A stretch of DNA of 64,000 nt from a bacterium. GTDB taxonomy: Bacteria > UBA8248. This document shows, one piece after another, positions 40,798 to 50,755 of the stretch. The notes beneath the pieces are model-generated. The model made no database searches and was not told the origin of the DNA. It saw nothing but the letters and a program-made list of their open reading frames with translations. The translations under genes were made by a program, and so were the position numbers. The first letter of the stretch is position 1. Each line of letters opens with the position of its first letter. Location of the stretch: positions 224,001 through 288,000 of the forward strand of contig CBDBEV010000001.1 of assembly GCA_965204535.1 (NCBI GenBank), in the 5' to 3' direction.

Positions 40798-41994
40798 CTA
40801 GTTCTTGCCTCTTTCCTTCCATTGGGGCATCGGCAGCTTGTAGGGGACTTCCGAAATCTTCTTGGGCCACACGATCTTGCGCTGGCCGTCGAGAATCTGG
40901 AAGGTCAATCCTTCATGCTGGTTCAGGTTGGTGTCGTCCACCTTCCAGGGACCGATGACGGTCATGGTCTTCATGGTGCGCAGCGCTTTCCACACCTTGA
41001 CCCGATCCGCGGAACCGGCTTTCGCCACCGCATCGCCGAAAATCTGCAGGGCCGCATAGGACTGGCCTGCGTGGTAGTTCGGCTTCACGCCGTAGCGCTT
41101 CTCGTACGCCGCGATGAACTCCTTCATGCCGGGCCGCTTGAGGATGGCCGGCTTGGGCTCCCACTGGCTGAAGCCGAGAACGTATTCCGCCGTGTCGCCG
41201 AGCTGCTTGGCGAACTTGGGCAGACCCGGGCCGACGGTTCCGGCGAAAATCTTGAGGTTGATATTCAGTTCGCGAAGCTGGCGAATCTGCGCCGCGGCGT
41301 CCGCGAAGTAACTGTTGGAAATCAGGGCTTCCGCCCGGCGCGCCTTGATTTTCTGAAGCAGCGCGGTGAAGTCGGTCTGCTTGCGGGGATAGTTCTCGTT
41401 CAACACCACTTTGATGCCGAGCTTTTTCGCCCAATCCACGGCGCCTTCCGCCGACTGGCGCGGGAAGAGACTGTCCTCGCCGACGATGGCGATGCGTTTC
41501 ACGCCGATTTCCTTGGCGAGGTGAATCGCGCCCTTCTGATAGTCCTGGGCGACGGCGATGATGTTGAACAGATACTTGCGGCCCTTCTTCCAGATGATGC
41601 CCGAGGAGGCGCCCGGCGCCATCGTGGGGTACTTGTACCTTTCCAGCACGTTGGCCACGGCGTCGGTGATGCCGCTCGAGTAGGGGCCGATGGTCAGGTT
41701 GACCTTGTCCTGCGTGATCAGCTTCTCATACAGCTTGATGCTCGTCTGCTTGTCCGATTTGTCGTCCAGGATGGTGAAGTCGATTTTCTTGCCGTTCCAT
41801 CCTTTGCCGGCGTTCACCTGATCAACATACAGCTTGTAGGAGTTCACCATACGGCCGGCGGGCTCAGCGTAGCGGCCCGTCTGTGAAATGGCGATCCCCA
41901 GGGTGACCTTGTCCATCGCGTGGCTTTTCTCCACGAAGGGAGCAGCCGTGAGAGCGAGAACAAAGCCGAGAACCAAAACAAGGCATTTCTTCAT
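40798..41994 (-). CDS. Liv/HAAT-family substrate-binding protein, copy 1
   Basis: Signal peptide; SQTG, DDKSD, GPYSS, type I periplasmic binding fold. Confidence 0.9.
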   Translation of the reverse strand: MKKCLVLVLGFVLALTAAPFVEKSHAMDKVTLGIAISQTGRYAEPAGRMVNSYKLYVDQVNAGKGWNGKKIDFTILDDKSDKQTSIKLYEKLITQDKVNLTIGPYSSGITDAVANVLERYKYPTMAPGASSGIIWKKGRKYLFNIIAVAQDYQKGAIHLAKEIGVKRIAIVGEDSLFPRQSAEGAVDWAKKLGIKVVLNENYPRKQTDFTALLQKIKARRAEALISNSYFADAAAQIRQLRELNINLKIFAGTVGPGLPKFAKQLGDTAEYVLGFSQWEPKPAILKRPGMKEFIAAYEKRYGVKPNYHAGQSYAALQIFGDAVAKAGSADRVKVWKALRTMKTMTVIGPWKVDDTNLNQHEGLTFQILDGQRKIVWPKKISEVPYKLPMPQWKERGKN

Positions 41995-42166
41995 TTCTTT
42001 ACACTCCTTTGATGGAAACAAAAACAAACTGCCTTACAACAGAAAACAAGATGAAATTGCTGCTCGTAAAATAACGGCGACATGCGGTAATTCAGACTAT
42101 TCCTTCGCGAGAAAATTCTACTTCTCGAAGTTCCGGATACGCATTTAAGCCATCAATAGGTGCGAT

Positions 42167-42194
42167 ATGATACGCATATTGTTTCATATGTCAA
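42167..42194 (-). promoter_or_regulatory. Putative sigma70 promoter for SBP copy 1 plus livHMGF
   Basis: TTGACA-N16-TATCAT on the minus strand in an AT-rich spacer. Confidence 0.55.
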
Positions 42195-42248
42195 AGGGTG
42201 TTTTACAAAGAATTTGCGAACAACCCTCAAATAGTTTTTGCTCCTGCG

Positions 42249-42288
42249 AAAATCCCGCCCCACGCGAAACCGGGCGCGGGGCGGGATC
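42249..42288 (-). terminator. Intrinsic terminator after SBP copy 2
   Basis: ATCCCGCCCC...GGGGCGGGAT stem followed by a T-run on the minus strand. Confidence 0.65.
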
Positions 42289-42331
42289 ATGCGATTACGC
42301 AGGAAAACCGGTTCTTATCCCTTAAGCCGCC

Positions 42332-43528
42332 CTAGTTCTTGGCCCTGTCCTTCCATTTGGGCATCGGCAGCTTGTAGGGCACTTCCGAAATCTTCTTGGG
42401 CCACACGATCTTGCGCTGCCCGTCGAGAATCTGGAAGGTCAAGCCCTCGTGATTGTTCATGTTGGTGTCATCCACTTTCCAGGGACCGATGATGGTCGTG
42501 GTGCTCATGGTGCGCATCGTCCTCCATACCTTGTCCCTGTCAATGGAGCCGGCTCGTTTCACCGCTTCGCCGAAAACCTGCATGGACGCATAGGACTGAC
42601 CCGCATGGTAGTTCGGATCCACGCCGTAGCGCTTCTTATACGCCGCGATGAAAGCCCTCATGCCGGGCCGCTTGAGGATTTCCGGCTTGGGCTCCCACTG
42701 GCTGAAGCCCAGAACGTACTCCGCCGTGTTGCCGAGCTGCTTCGCGAATTTGGGCAGGCCCGGGCCGACGGTTCCGGCGAAGATCTTCATGTTGATGTTG
42801 AGCTCGCGAAGCTGGCGAATCTGCGCCGCGGCGTCCGCGAAGTAACTGTTGGAAATCAGGGCTTCCGCCCGGCGCGCCTTGATCTTCTGAAGCAGCGCGG
42901 TGAAGTCGGTCTGTTTGCGCGGATAGTTCTCGTTCAACACCACCTTGAGGCCGAGCTTCTTCGCCCAGTCCACGGCGCCTTCCGCCGACTGGCGCGGGAA
43001 GAGGCTGTCCTCGCCGATGATGGCGATTCTCTTTACGCCGATGTCTTTGGCGATGTGGAGCGCGCCCTTCTGGTAGTCCTGGGCGACGGCGATGATGTCG
43101 AAGAGATACTTGCGGCCCTTCTTCCAGATGATGCCAGAAGCGGCGCCCGGCGCCAGCGTGGGGTACTTGTATCTTTCCAGCACGTTGGCCACCGCGTCGG
43201 TGATGCCGCTGGAGTAGGGGCCCATGGTCAGGTCCACCTTGTCCTGCGTGATCAGCTTCTCGTAGAGCTTGATGCTGGTCTGCTTGTCCGATTTGTCGTC
43301 CAGGATGATCATATCGATTTTCTTGCCGAGCCAACCACCCTTGGCGTTCATCTGATCCACATACAGATTATAGGAGTTCACCATACGTCCGGCGGGCTCG
43401 GCGTAACGGCCCGTCTGCGAAATGGCGATCCCCAGTGTGACCTTGTCCTTCGCGTGGCTTTTCTCCACGAAGGGAGCAGCCGTGAGGGCGAGAACAAAGC
43501 CGAGAACCAAAACAAGGCTTTTCTTCAT
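42332..43528 (-). CDS. Liv/HAAT-family substrate-binding protein, copy 2
   Basis: Near-identical to copy 1, including the signal peptide. Confidence 0.9.
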   Translation of the reverse strand: MKKSLVLVLGFVLALTAAPFVEKSHAKDKVTLGIAISQTGRYAEPAGRMVNSYNLYVDQMNAKGGWLGKKIDMIILDDKSDKQTSIKLYEKLITQDKVDLTMGPYSSGITDAVANVLERYKYPTLAPGAASGIIWKKGRKYLFDIIAVAQDYQKGALHIAKDIGVKRIAIIGEDSLFPRQSAEGAVDWAKKLGLKVVLNENYPRKQTDFTALLQKIKARRAEALISNSYFADAAAQIRQLRELNINMKIFAGTVGPGLPKFAKQLGNTAEYVLGFSQWEPKPEILKRPGMRAFIAAYKKRYGVDPNYHAGQSYASMQVFGEAVKRAGSIDRDKVWRTMRTMSTTTIIGPWKVDDTNMNNHEGLTFQILDGQRKIVWPKKISEVPYKLPMPKWKDRAKN

Positions 43529-43622
43529 CTCCTATACTCCTCTTATGGAAGTTCAAAGGTTGCGCCGCCATCACAATACGACGCGCTGCGGTTGAACAAC
43601 CTTCGCCATACAAGCCGCCTGC

Positions 43623-44816
43623 CTAGTTCTTGGCCCTGTCCTTCCACTTGGGCATCGGCAGCTTGTAGGGGACTTCCGCGATCTCCTTCGGCCAGACGAT
43701 CTTGCGCTGGCCGTCGAGAATCTGGAAGGTGAGGCCGTCATGATCGTTCAGGTTGTTCTCATCCACCTTCCATTTCCCCATGATGGTCTGGAACTGCGAG
43801 GTGCGAAGCGTCTTCCAGACCTTCTGGCGATCATGAGAACCCGCCTTCTCAATCGCCTGGGTCATAACCTGCATCGATACCCAGGCGATTCCGGCGTGGT
43901 AGTTCGGCTTCACTTTGTGACGCTTCACGTAGGAGTCGATGAAATGCTCCATGCCCGGGAACTTCAGAATCTCGGGCCGGGGCTCCCACTGGCTGAAGCC
44001 CAGCACGTATTCCGCCGTGTTGCCGAGCTGCTTGGCGAACTTGGGCAGGCCGGGGCCGACGGTTCCGGCGAAAATCTTGAGGTTGATGTTGAGCTCTCTG
44101 AGCTGGCGAATCTGGGCCACGGCATCCGCAAAATAGCTGTTCGAGATAAGCGCATCCGCGCGGCGCGCCTTGATCTTCTGGAGCAGCGCGGTGAAGTCGG
44201 TCTGTTTGCGCGGATAGTTCTCGTTCAGCACCACCTCAATGCCGAGATGCTTCGCCCAATGAACGGCGCCCTCGGCCGACTGCCTGGGGAAGAGGCTGTC
44301 CTCGCCGACGATGGCGATTCGCTTCACCCCGATGTCCTTGGCGAGAAATACGGCGCCCCTTTGATAGTTCTGGGCGATGGCGTTCTGGTTGAACAGGTAT
44401 TTTCTGCCCTTCTTCCAGATGATGCCGGAGGAGGCGCCCGGCGCCAGCGTGGGGTACTTGTACCGTTCCAGCACGTTGGCCACGGCGTCGGTGATGCCGC
44501 TCGAATAGGGACCGAGCGTGATATCGACCTTGTCCTGCGTGATTAGCTTCTCGTAGAGCTTGATGCTGGTCTGCTTGTCCGATTTGTCGTCCAGGAGAGT
44601 GACCTTAATCTTCTTTCCCAGCAGACCGCCCTTGGCGTTCAACTGATCGATATACAGCTTGTAGGCGTTCACGAACCTGCCGGCCGGCTCCGCATAACGG
44701 CCCGTCTGGGAGATGGCTCCGCCGAAGTGGATTTCGTCCGCCGCCAGTGCCGGGCTGGCGAAGAACGCCGTCGTCACCACAAATGCGATTGCAATGAAGA
44801 TGCGAACTGCTTTCAT
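43623..44816 (-). CDS. Liv/HAAT-family substrate-binding protein, copy 3
   Basis: Same core as copies 1 and 2; different signal peptide and several diverged patches. Confidence 0.9.
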   Translation of the reverse strand: MKAVRIFIAIAFVVTTAFFASPALAADEIHFGGAISQTGRYAEPAGRFVNAYKLYIDQLNAKGGLLGKKIKVTLLDDKSDKQTSIKLYEKLITQDKVDITLGPYSSGITDAVANVLERYKYPTLAPGASSGIIWKKGRKYLFNQNAIAQNYQRGAVFLAKDIGVKRIAIVGEDSLFPRQSAEGAVHWAKHLGIEVVLNENYPRKQTDFTALLQKIKARRADALISNSYFADAVAQIRQLRELNINLKIFAGTVGPGLPKFAKQLGNTAEYVLGFSQWEPRPEILKFPGMEHFIDSYVKRHKVKPNYHAGIAWVSMQVMTQAIEKAGSHDRQKVWKTLRTSQFQTIMGKWKVDENNLNDHDGLTFQILDGQRKIVWPKEIAEVPYKLPMPKWKDRAKN

Positions 44817-45032
44817 TTTCTATCCTCCTTTCAGGTGGGAAAAACATCTAATCTCACGGCGGAAAATCCGCCCTTTCTTCAAATGCTTCCAAAGCAGGAT
44901 GAAACGAAGCTCTATACGTGCGCATTCAGTTAAAGAAATAAAGCAAAAATACGTCAAAGACATCAAACGCCGCCGCCGAGCGGCGCGATTCATTAGAGGA
45001 TGAGGTAAATTCTAGCTTGAGGGGAAAAAAAG

Positions 45033-45494
45033 TCAAACGCGCTCGTTTTGCGCTTTCTGAGGTTCCGCTGTTTCCGCGTCCACCGCGCACCCTTCGACCC
45101 AGGCCACGCCGTCTTCGCCGTATTCCTTCTTCCATATCGGCACGATCTGCTTGATGCGGTCGATCGCGTAGCGGCACGCCTTGAAGGCCGCGTCCCGGTG
45201 GGCGGAGGCCGCCGCGATGCCCACCGCGATATCGCCGATGGCGAGGGTTCCCACCCGGTGGGCCATCGCCAGATGCGCGACGCCGAAGCGCTCTTCGATC
45301 TCCTCGGCCACCTGGCGCATCTTCTTCTCCGCCATCTCGGGGTAGGCGTGGTATTCGAGGTGCGTCACCCCCTGCCCCGCGCTGTGGTTGCGGACCTTGC
45401 CGACGAACGTGCAGAGCCCGCCCAACTCGGGAGAATCGAGGCTCTCCGTCAACTCGTCCATGTCGATGGCGGAATCGGTGATGCGGCAAATCAT
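45033..45494 (-). CDS. moaE: Molybdopterin synthase catalytic subunit
   Basis: FVGKVR, LEYHAY, HRVG, SAHR, PIWKKE. Confidence 0.93.
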   Translation of the reverse strand: MICRITDSAIDMDELTESLDSPELGGLCTFVGKVRNHSAGQGVTHLEYHAYPEMAEKKMRQVAEEIEERFGVAHLAMAHRVGTLAIGDIAVGIAAASAHRDAAFKACRYAIDRIKQIVPIWKKEYGEDGVAWVEGCAVDAETAEPQKAQNERV

Positions 45495-45742
45495 GCGCAA
45501 CCTCCGCTGATGGGTGGAATCAACGCGAGTTCGTCGCCCGCATCCACGGGCGTGCCCTCTCCCGCGAACTCCTGGTTGACGGAGACCGCGATGGACTCCA
45601 TGCGTCCGGAAAAAACCGGAAACCGCTCGGCGAGGCTATCCCTCAAATCGGCCACCGTGGCGCTCTCGGGCACTTCCAGGTCGATTTCGTCCTCGCCCGT
45701 CACCTCCTTGGCCCAGGCGAAGCATTTCACGCGGACTTTCAT
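45491..45742 (-). CDS. moaD: Molybdopterin synthase sulfur carrier (GG followed by Cys-Ala)
   Basis: VKCFA, SVNQE, GDELALIPPISGG-CA. Confidence 0.9.
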   Translation of the reverse strand: MKVRVKCFAWAKEVTGEDEIDLEVPESATVADLRDSLAERFPVFSGRMESIAVSVNQEFAGEGTPVDAGDELALIPPISGGCA

Positions 45743-45877
45743 GCGATTCCTCACTCTTGATGCTGCAATCCGTCATCTCTCTTCGGGATGATAGATATTA
45801 CACCCGGCGGAATCAAGGGGGGTGCTCCGGCCGGCTCGCACTTCTTGCCCGTCTTCTCCGAGTGTATACTCAGCGCC

Positions 45878-47038
45878 ATGAACATCGCCTCTCATCCCGA
45901 ACTCTCAAAAGCACTGGCGGATGCGCTCGAAGACGGCCCCATTCCCTTTCGGCGCTTCATGGAAATCGCCCTCTATCACCCGCAGGGCGGTTACTATTGC
46001 CGGGAAAGTTCGCGAATCGGCCCTGACGGAGATTTCTACACCTCCCCTCACCAGAGCCCCTGGCTCGGACGGATGATCGCGCCGTTGCTCGAGAAAATCC
46101 GGAGACGCATGGATGAACCGCTCTCGCTGCCCGTTTGGGAATACGGCCCGGGGGAGGGATGGCTCGCCTTGGACATCCTCGAGGCGACTCGCTCATCCCT
46201 TGCGGCCCTCCATCGGGCGCTCGCCTATACGTTCGTCGAACAAAGCGCGCAGGCGAAAAAACGGATACGGGAGAAATTCCAGGACTCCGATGAGGTTCGA
46301 TTCGCCGACGCTTCCCCATATCCGCCCGCAGGCTTCGAGGGCGTCGTGCTCGCCCATGAGTTCCTGGACGCCCTGCCCGTCCACGCCCTCATCCAGAAAG
46401 AAAGACATCTACAAGAGAAATACGTGGCGCGGCGCGGCGAGAGGCTTCAGTTTTGCGAAGGCCCGCCCTCGGATGAGCGCCTACGAGACTGGTTCTCTGA
46501 CTTGGAAATTCGGCTCTCCAGGGGCCAGATGGCGGAGGTGAACCTGTGCGCCTTCGATTGGGTGAACGAAGTGGCGCGCCGGATGGAGCGGGGCGCGGTC
46601 CTGATCTTCGACTACGGCTTCTCCGCGCGCGCCCTGTACGGCCCCACCCGCCCCGACGGCGCGCTCCGCGGCTACAGGAACCACACCCTCGTGAACGACG
46701 TTCTCTCACGTCCGGGGGAGACCGACCTCACCACCCACGTCGACTTCACTTCCATTCAGCGAGCGGCCGCCACTCACGGAATGAAACTCGCGGGCTTCAC
46801 CGATCAGGCGCACTTTCTCCTGGGCGCCGGCCTCTCACAGGCGCTGGAAAAAGCGGCGGTCGAGGACGATGACAAGACGAGGCGCGAGCGCCAGTCCGTC
46901 ATGGGCATCATGGGCCCCACGGGTCTGGGCGGGGCCATCAAGGTCATGATGTTATCGAAAAACCTGAAGCTCGATGATTTGAGCGAATTCTCGATGAAGC
47001 CCGACGACAGGGAGTCTCTCGAAACCCTATTCGGCTAG
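45878..47038 (+). CDS. SAM-dependent methyltransferase, MidA/NDUFAF7 family
   Basis: FMEIALY..GYY, GDFYTSP, EYGPGEG, HEFLDALP, DYG, DLTTHVDF. Confidence 0.88.
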   Translation: MNIASHPELSKALADALEDGPIPFRRFMEIALYHPQGGYYCRESSRIGPDGDFYTSPHQSPWLGRMIAPLLEKIRRRMDEPLSLPVWEYGPGEGWLALDILEATRSSLAALHRALAYTFVEQSAQAKKRIREKFQDSDEVRFADASPYPPAGFEGVVLAHEFLDALPVHALIQKERHLQEKYVARRGERLQFCEGPPSDERLRDWFSDLEIRLSRGQMAEVNLCAFDWVNEVARRMERGAVLIFDYGFSARALYGPTRPDGALRGYRNHTLVNDVLSRPGETDLTTHVDFTSIQRAAATHGMKLAGFTDQAHFLLGAGLSQALEKAAVEDDDKTRRERQSVMGIMGPTGLGGAIKVMMLSKNLKLDDLSEFSMKPDDRESLETLFG

Positions 47039-48894
47039 ACTTCCGCCGGGCGGATGGCGCGCAGTTCAAGCTGCACCGTGGTCTTGCCGCGCCAGCGGTT
47101 CAGGCCGGGGGAAAACGCCACGTCGAGCCTGCCCCTCAAACGCTCCGGCTCCTTGAGCAGCCCCCCCATACCGAAGCCGATGGCTTCTCTCTCCTCGCGG
47201 AACTGCCGCAAGTTCAGCTTCAGGTGCTCGCCCTCGCGGCCCACGGCGCCGGGACTTCCGGCCACCTCGACTCGTGAGGCGCAGAACACGGGCCGCGGGT
47301 TTTCTTCCCCGAAGGGCGCCATTTCTTCCAGTTGTTCGAGGAGCGGCGCGTCCATTTCGGAAAAATCGACACGGGCGTCGAGCAGGAGTTCACGCTCATC
47401 GTCTCCGGATTTCTTCATCCCGCGAATCACCTCCCGGAAACGCTCCCTGAAGGCGTCTATCTTCTCCTCCGCCACCTTGAGGCCCGCGGCGCCCTTGTGT
47501 CCGCCGAACTGGATCAAAAGGTCCGAACAATGCGCGAGCGCATCGTATACGTGAAAACCCATGGCGGAGCGAACCGAGCCCTTCCCCACCCCGTCTTTTA
47601 AGTGGATGAGAACCGAAGGCTGGTGATACTCCTCCGCGAGCTTCGCGGCCACGATGCCCACCACGCCGGGATGCCACTTGCCGCTCGCGAGAACGATGGC
47701 GTCATCACGAGCGTCCGCTCCCGACGAGGCCATCATGGCCATCGCCTCCTCCCAGGCTTGCTGCTGCAGATTCTGACGCTGTCGGTTCCACTCCTCGAGC
47801 ACCTCCGCGCGCGAGCGCGCCTCGCCCTCGTCATCGGCGGTGAGAAGCTCGACGCCCAGGGAGGCCTCCCCCACCCGCCCCGCCGCGTTGAGCCTCGGCG
47901 CTATCAAAAAGGAGATGTGGCCGACGTTGAGCGTGCCGGCTTTGAGGTTCGCAGCCGCTTGCAAGGCGCGGACACCCGCCTTGCGGCGATCCAGGGTCTC
48001 GAACCCGCCCTCGGCCACTTCGGGCGGGGAGAGAATCCCAAGCCCGTGGCGCACGAAAATGTGATTCTCATCCCGCAGGGGAACCACGTCGGCTACCGTA
48101 CCCAACGCCACCAGGTCGAGGTGCTGTTTGAGGTTCGGGAGCGGCGCCCCGAACCCGGCTTCATGCAAGCGTCTCCGGATTGCGGTGATGAGCTTGAACG
48201 CGACCCCGACCCCGCTGAGACCCCGAAAGGGGTATTCACAACCCGTCTGGCGGGGATTCAGGATGGCCAGGGCGGGCGGCAACTCATCGGGCGGGCGATG
48301 ATGATCGGTGATGATGAGGCGAACGCCCATCTCCTCGGCTTCCTTTGCGGCGGCGTGCGCGCTGATTCCGCAATCAACCGTCACCACCGTTTCGCAACCC
48401 GCTTCCTTGAGCTTTTCCAGACCCTTGCGATGCAGGCCGTACCCTTCATCCAGACGGCTCGGAATGTAGTAGGGAACCCTGACGCCGACCTGGGAGAAAA
48501 ACCGGCAAAGGAGCGCCGTGGCGGAGATGCCGTCCACGTCGTAATCCCCATAAACGCCGACGGGGCGGCGGTTTCTTATCCACCCCAGGAGGTGGGAAAC
48601 GGCGTCTTCCATCCCTTTCATCAGAAACGGATCGTGCAGGCCCGCCAGGGGGGCATCCAGGAACTTGCGCGCCTCATCGGGGTGCCGGATTCCCTTTTGC
48701 GCGAGGAGTTTCCCCAGAAGGGGGGGGACGTTCAATTCCCGGGAAAGTTTTTCGGCGGATTCTTCATCGACGGGGCGCAAGGTCCACTTGCGGGGAAAGG
48801 CGAGCGGGCCTGTGGAATCACTCATCGGCCCTTCATGCTCCCCTGCGCCGTCCGCAGGCGCAGCACCTGGAGAATCGACTCCGAACAAGCGCAT
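47035..48894 (-). CDS. recJ: ssDNA exonuclease RecJ (start may be 48825)
   Basis: GDYDVDG, TVDCG, TDHH, GTVADVVPL, PRLNAAGR, GGH. Confidence 0.95.
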   Translation of the reverse strand: MRLFGVDSPGAAPADGAGEHEGPMSDSTGPLAFPRKWTLRPVDEESAEKLSRELNVPPLLGKLLAQKGIRHPDEARKFLDAPLAGLHDPFLMKGMEDAVSHLLGWIRNRRPVGVYGDYDVDGISATALLCRFFSQVGVRVPYYIPSRLDEGYGLHRKGLEKLKEAGCETVVTVDCGISAHAAAKEAEEMGVRLIITDHHRPPDELPPALAILNPRQTGCEYPFRGLSGVGVAFKLITAIRRRLHEAGFGAPLPNLKQHLDLVALGTVADVVPLRDENHIFVRHGLGILSPPEVAEGGFETLDRRKAGVRALQAAANLKAGTLNVGHISFLIAPRLNAAGRVGEASLGVELLTADDEGEARSRAEVLEEWNRQRQNLQQQAWEEAMAMMASSGADARDDAIVLASGKWHPGVVGIVAAKLAEEYHQPSVLIHLKDGVGKGSVRSAMGFHVYDALAHCSDLLIQFGGHKGAAGLKVAEEKIDAFRERFREVIRGMKKSGDDERELLLDARVDFSEMDAPLLEQLEEMAPFGEENPRPVFCASRVEVAGSPGAVGREGEHLKLNLRQFREEREAIGFGMGGLLKEPERLRGRLDVAFSPGLNRWRGKTTVQLELRAIRPAEV

Positions 48895-48904
48895 CCCTCA
48901 TTTA

Positions 48905-50704
48905 TCACTCACGACTTCGCCCGCCCGGGTCGCGTTTCGAGGGCCACGCAGCGCCTCCTTCCGCCGGGATTGCTTCTTCGAAAATCCCCGCAGACGATTC
49001 ACCGGGGGAATCATCCTGCGGCGATTCGGCGATCGGGACGATCCCCGGACCCAGTTCCTCGAACTCGTCCTCTCCGGCCGGGTCCGGGCGCGGAGAGGAG
49101 CGCCTGCGCCATCCGTCTCTGATGGAAGGCTTCGGCATCGGACGCGCCATCATCTCTCGAGACCCTCTGAGATGAGCGTTCACGGGATTCGAAAAATTCC
49201 GGTCCAACGCAACCATCGAGCGCACCACCTCGCCCGTGAGGCTTTTGGGTCGGCAGGCGTTTCCGTTCATGAGGATAGAGAAAGCGAGAATTTCCCCGTT
49301 TCCGGCGGCCGCATATCCGCTAAAGGCGCGCACGCCGTTCAACACGCCCGTCTTCACCCGCACCCGGCGCGAATCAACCCCACGGCGGCGTCTTTTCTTC
49401 ACCGTCCCGTCTACGCCGAACACGGCCAGCGACGCCATAAACTCGGGCCGCAGCCTGAAATCGTTGTGCGCCGCTTCGAGCAGGGTCGCCAGAGCGCGCG
49501 GCGATGCGCGGTTCATCCTGCTCAGGCCCGAACCATCGGCGAGGGCTATCTCCTTCGCCGAGACGCCGGTGGAGATCAGGAAATCCCGCACAACGCGCAG
49601 GCCTTTTTCCGCGGTACCCGGCGCGCCGTGCGTTTCGGCGCCCATCGTCTTGAGAACCTGTTCGGCCACGAAATTGTTGCTGAACTTGTTGAGCCCGCTC
49701 ACCACCTCGCTCAGGGGCGGCGAGAGGTTTCTCGCGAGAAGCCTTGCATCGGGCGGCGTCGCGGCCCGCCGTATCCCGCCCTTCAAGGCGATTCCCTGCT
49801 TCTCGAACTCGGCGGCGACTGCCCCGGCGGTGAAGGAGGTGGGGTCCGTGACGGGCACCCGGTACAGCTTCATTCTGCTCCCCGCCGGAAACCAACCACT
49901 CACCTGAATGATGTCCTGTCCCTTGGACCGTCTGCGCCCGAGCCGGATTTTCAAGCTCCTGCGCGAGGTCTTCACCCTCGCCCGGAGGCGAAGCGCGCGC
50001 GAAGGCGGCTCGAGGTTCACCACGGCAGGCCTGCCGACTCCATCTCCCGGGGCCACGAGCACCTTCGCCAAGCCAAAATTCAGGGACAGCGCCCCGTGCG
50101 GCGCCAGATAGGGCCGGATGGATCGGCCCACGCGCCACCCCCGCCCATGTTTCTTGTCATCGAAAAACGTATCGTCCGCCACCAGGTCGCCCTCGATGCG
50201 CTTTACGCCTCGCAGTTTGAGCCGGCGCACGAAATCGCGCATCTTTTCATGCACAAAAAGCGGGTCGCCGTAACCCTTGAGATAAAGGTCGCCTCGGACG
50301 ACGCCGCCTCGTATCTTGCCCTTCACATAAAAATCGGTGGCGAAGCGGTAGTCCGGCCCCAGGCGCGCGAGCGCGGCGGCGGCCGTGAAGATTTTGACGT
50401 TCGATGCGGGTATACGACTTGTGGCGGCGTTATGGGAATAAAGCGTCTGCGATGTGGAAACCGAACGAATATAGAGACCCAGGCGTCCGGGGCGGACGCA
50501 CTGCCTTTTTATGGCGCGCCTCACCCTGGCCTGGAAGGCGGCCTTCGAGACAACCCCTTTTTTTGAAGCGATTCTCTTTTTCGGAGCGCGCCTTTTTTTC
50601 GCGGCGGAGGCGTCCGACACGCTCAAAGCGGTGAGGCACAGAATCATCGCCCAAAGGGAAAACCTCAAGAACCGGCCCGCTGAATCCTGCTCCTTTATCC
50701 TCAT
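48905..50704 (-). CDS. dacB: D-Ala-D-Ala carboxypeptidase/endopeptidase PBP4 (S13)
   Basis: PASNVK (SxxK), GYGDP, SNN, DGSGLSR, KTG. Confidence 0.92.
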   Translation of the reverse strand: MRIKEQDSAGRFLRFSLWAMILCLTALSVSDASAAKKRRAPKKRIASKKGVVSKAAFQARVRRAIKRQCVRPGRLGLYIRSVSTSQTLYSHNAATSRIPASNVKIFTAAAALARLGPDYRFATDFYVKGKIRGGVVRGDLYLKGYGDPLFVHEKMRDFVRRLKLRGVKRIEGDLVADDTFFDDKKHGRGWRVGRSIRPYLAPHGALSLNFGLAKVLVAPGDGVGRPAVVNLEPPSRALRLRARVKTSRRSLKIRLGRRRSKGQDIIQVSGWFPAGSRMKLYRVPVTDPTSFTAGAVAAEFEKQGIALKGGIRRAATPPDARLLARNLSPPLSEVVSGLNKFSNNFVAEQVLKTMGAETHGAPGTAEKGLRVVRDFLISTGVSAKEIALADGSGLSRMNRASPRALATLLEAAHNDFRLRPEFMASLAVFGVDGTVKKRRRRGVDSRRVRVKTGVLNGVRAFSGYAAAGNGEILAFSILMNGNACRPKSLTGEVVRSMVALDRNFSNPVNAHLRGSREMMARPMPKPSIRDGWRRRSSPRPDPAGEDEFEELGPGIVPIAESPQDDSPGESSAGIFEEAIPAEGGAAWPSKRDPGGRSRE

Positions 50705-50755
50705 ATTCGGTTTCCATCACGCTCCGGGCGGGGGCGGGAATACCGGGCATCATTC

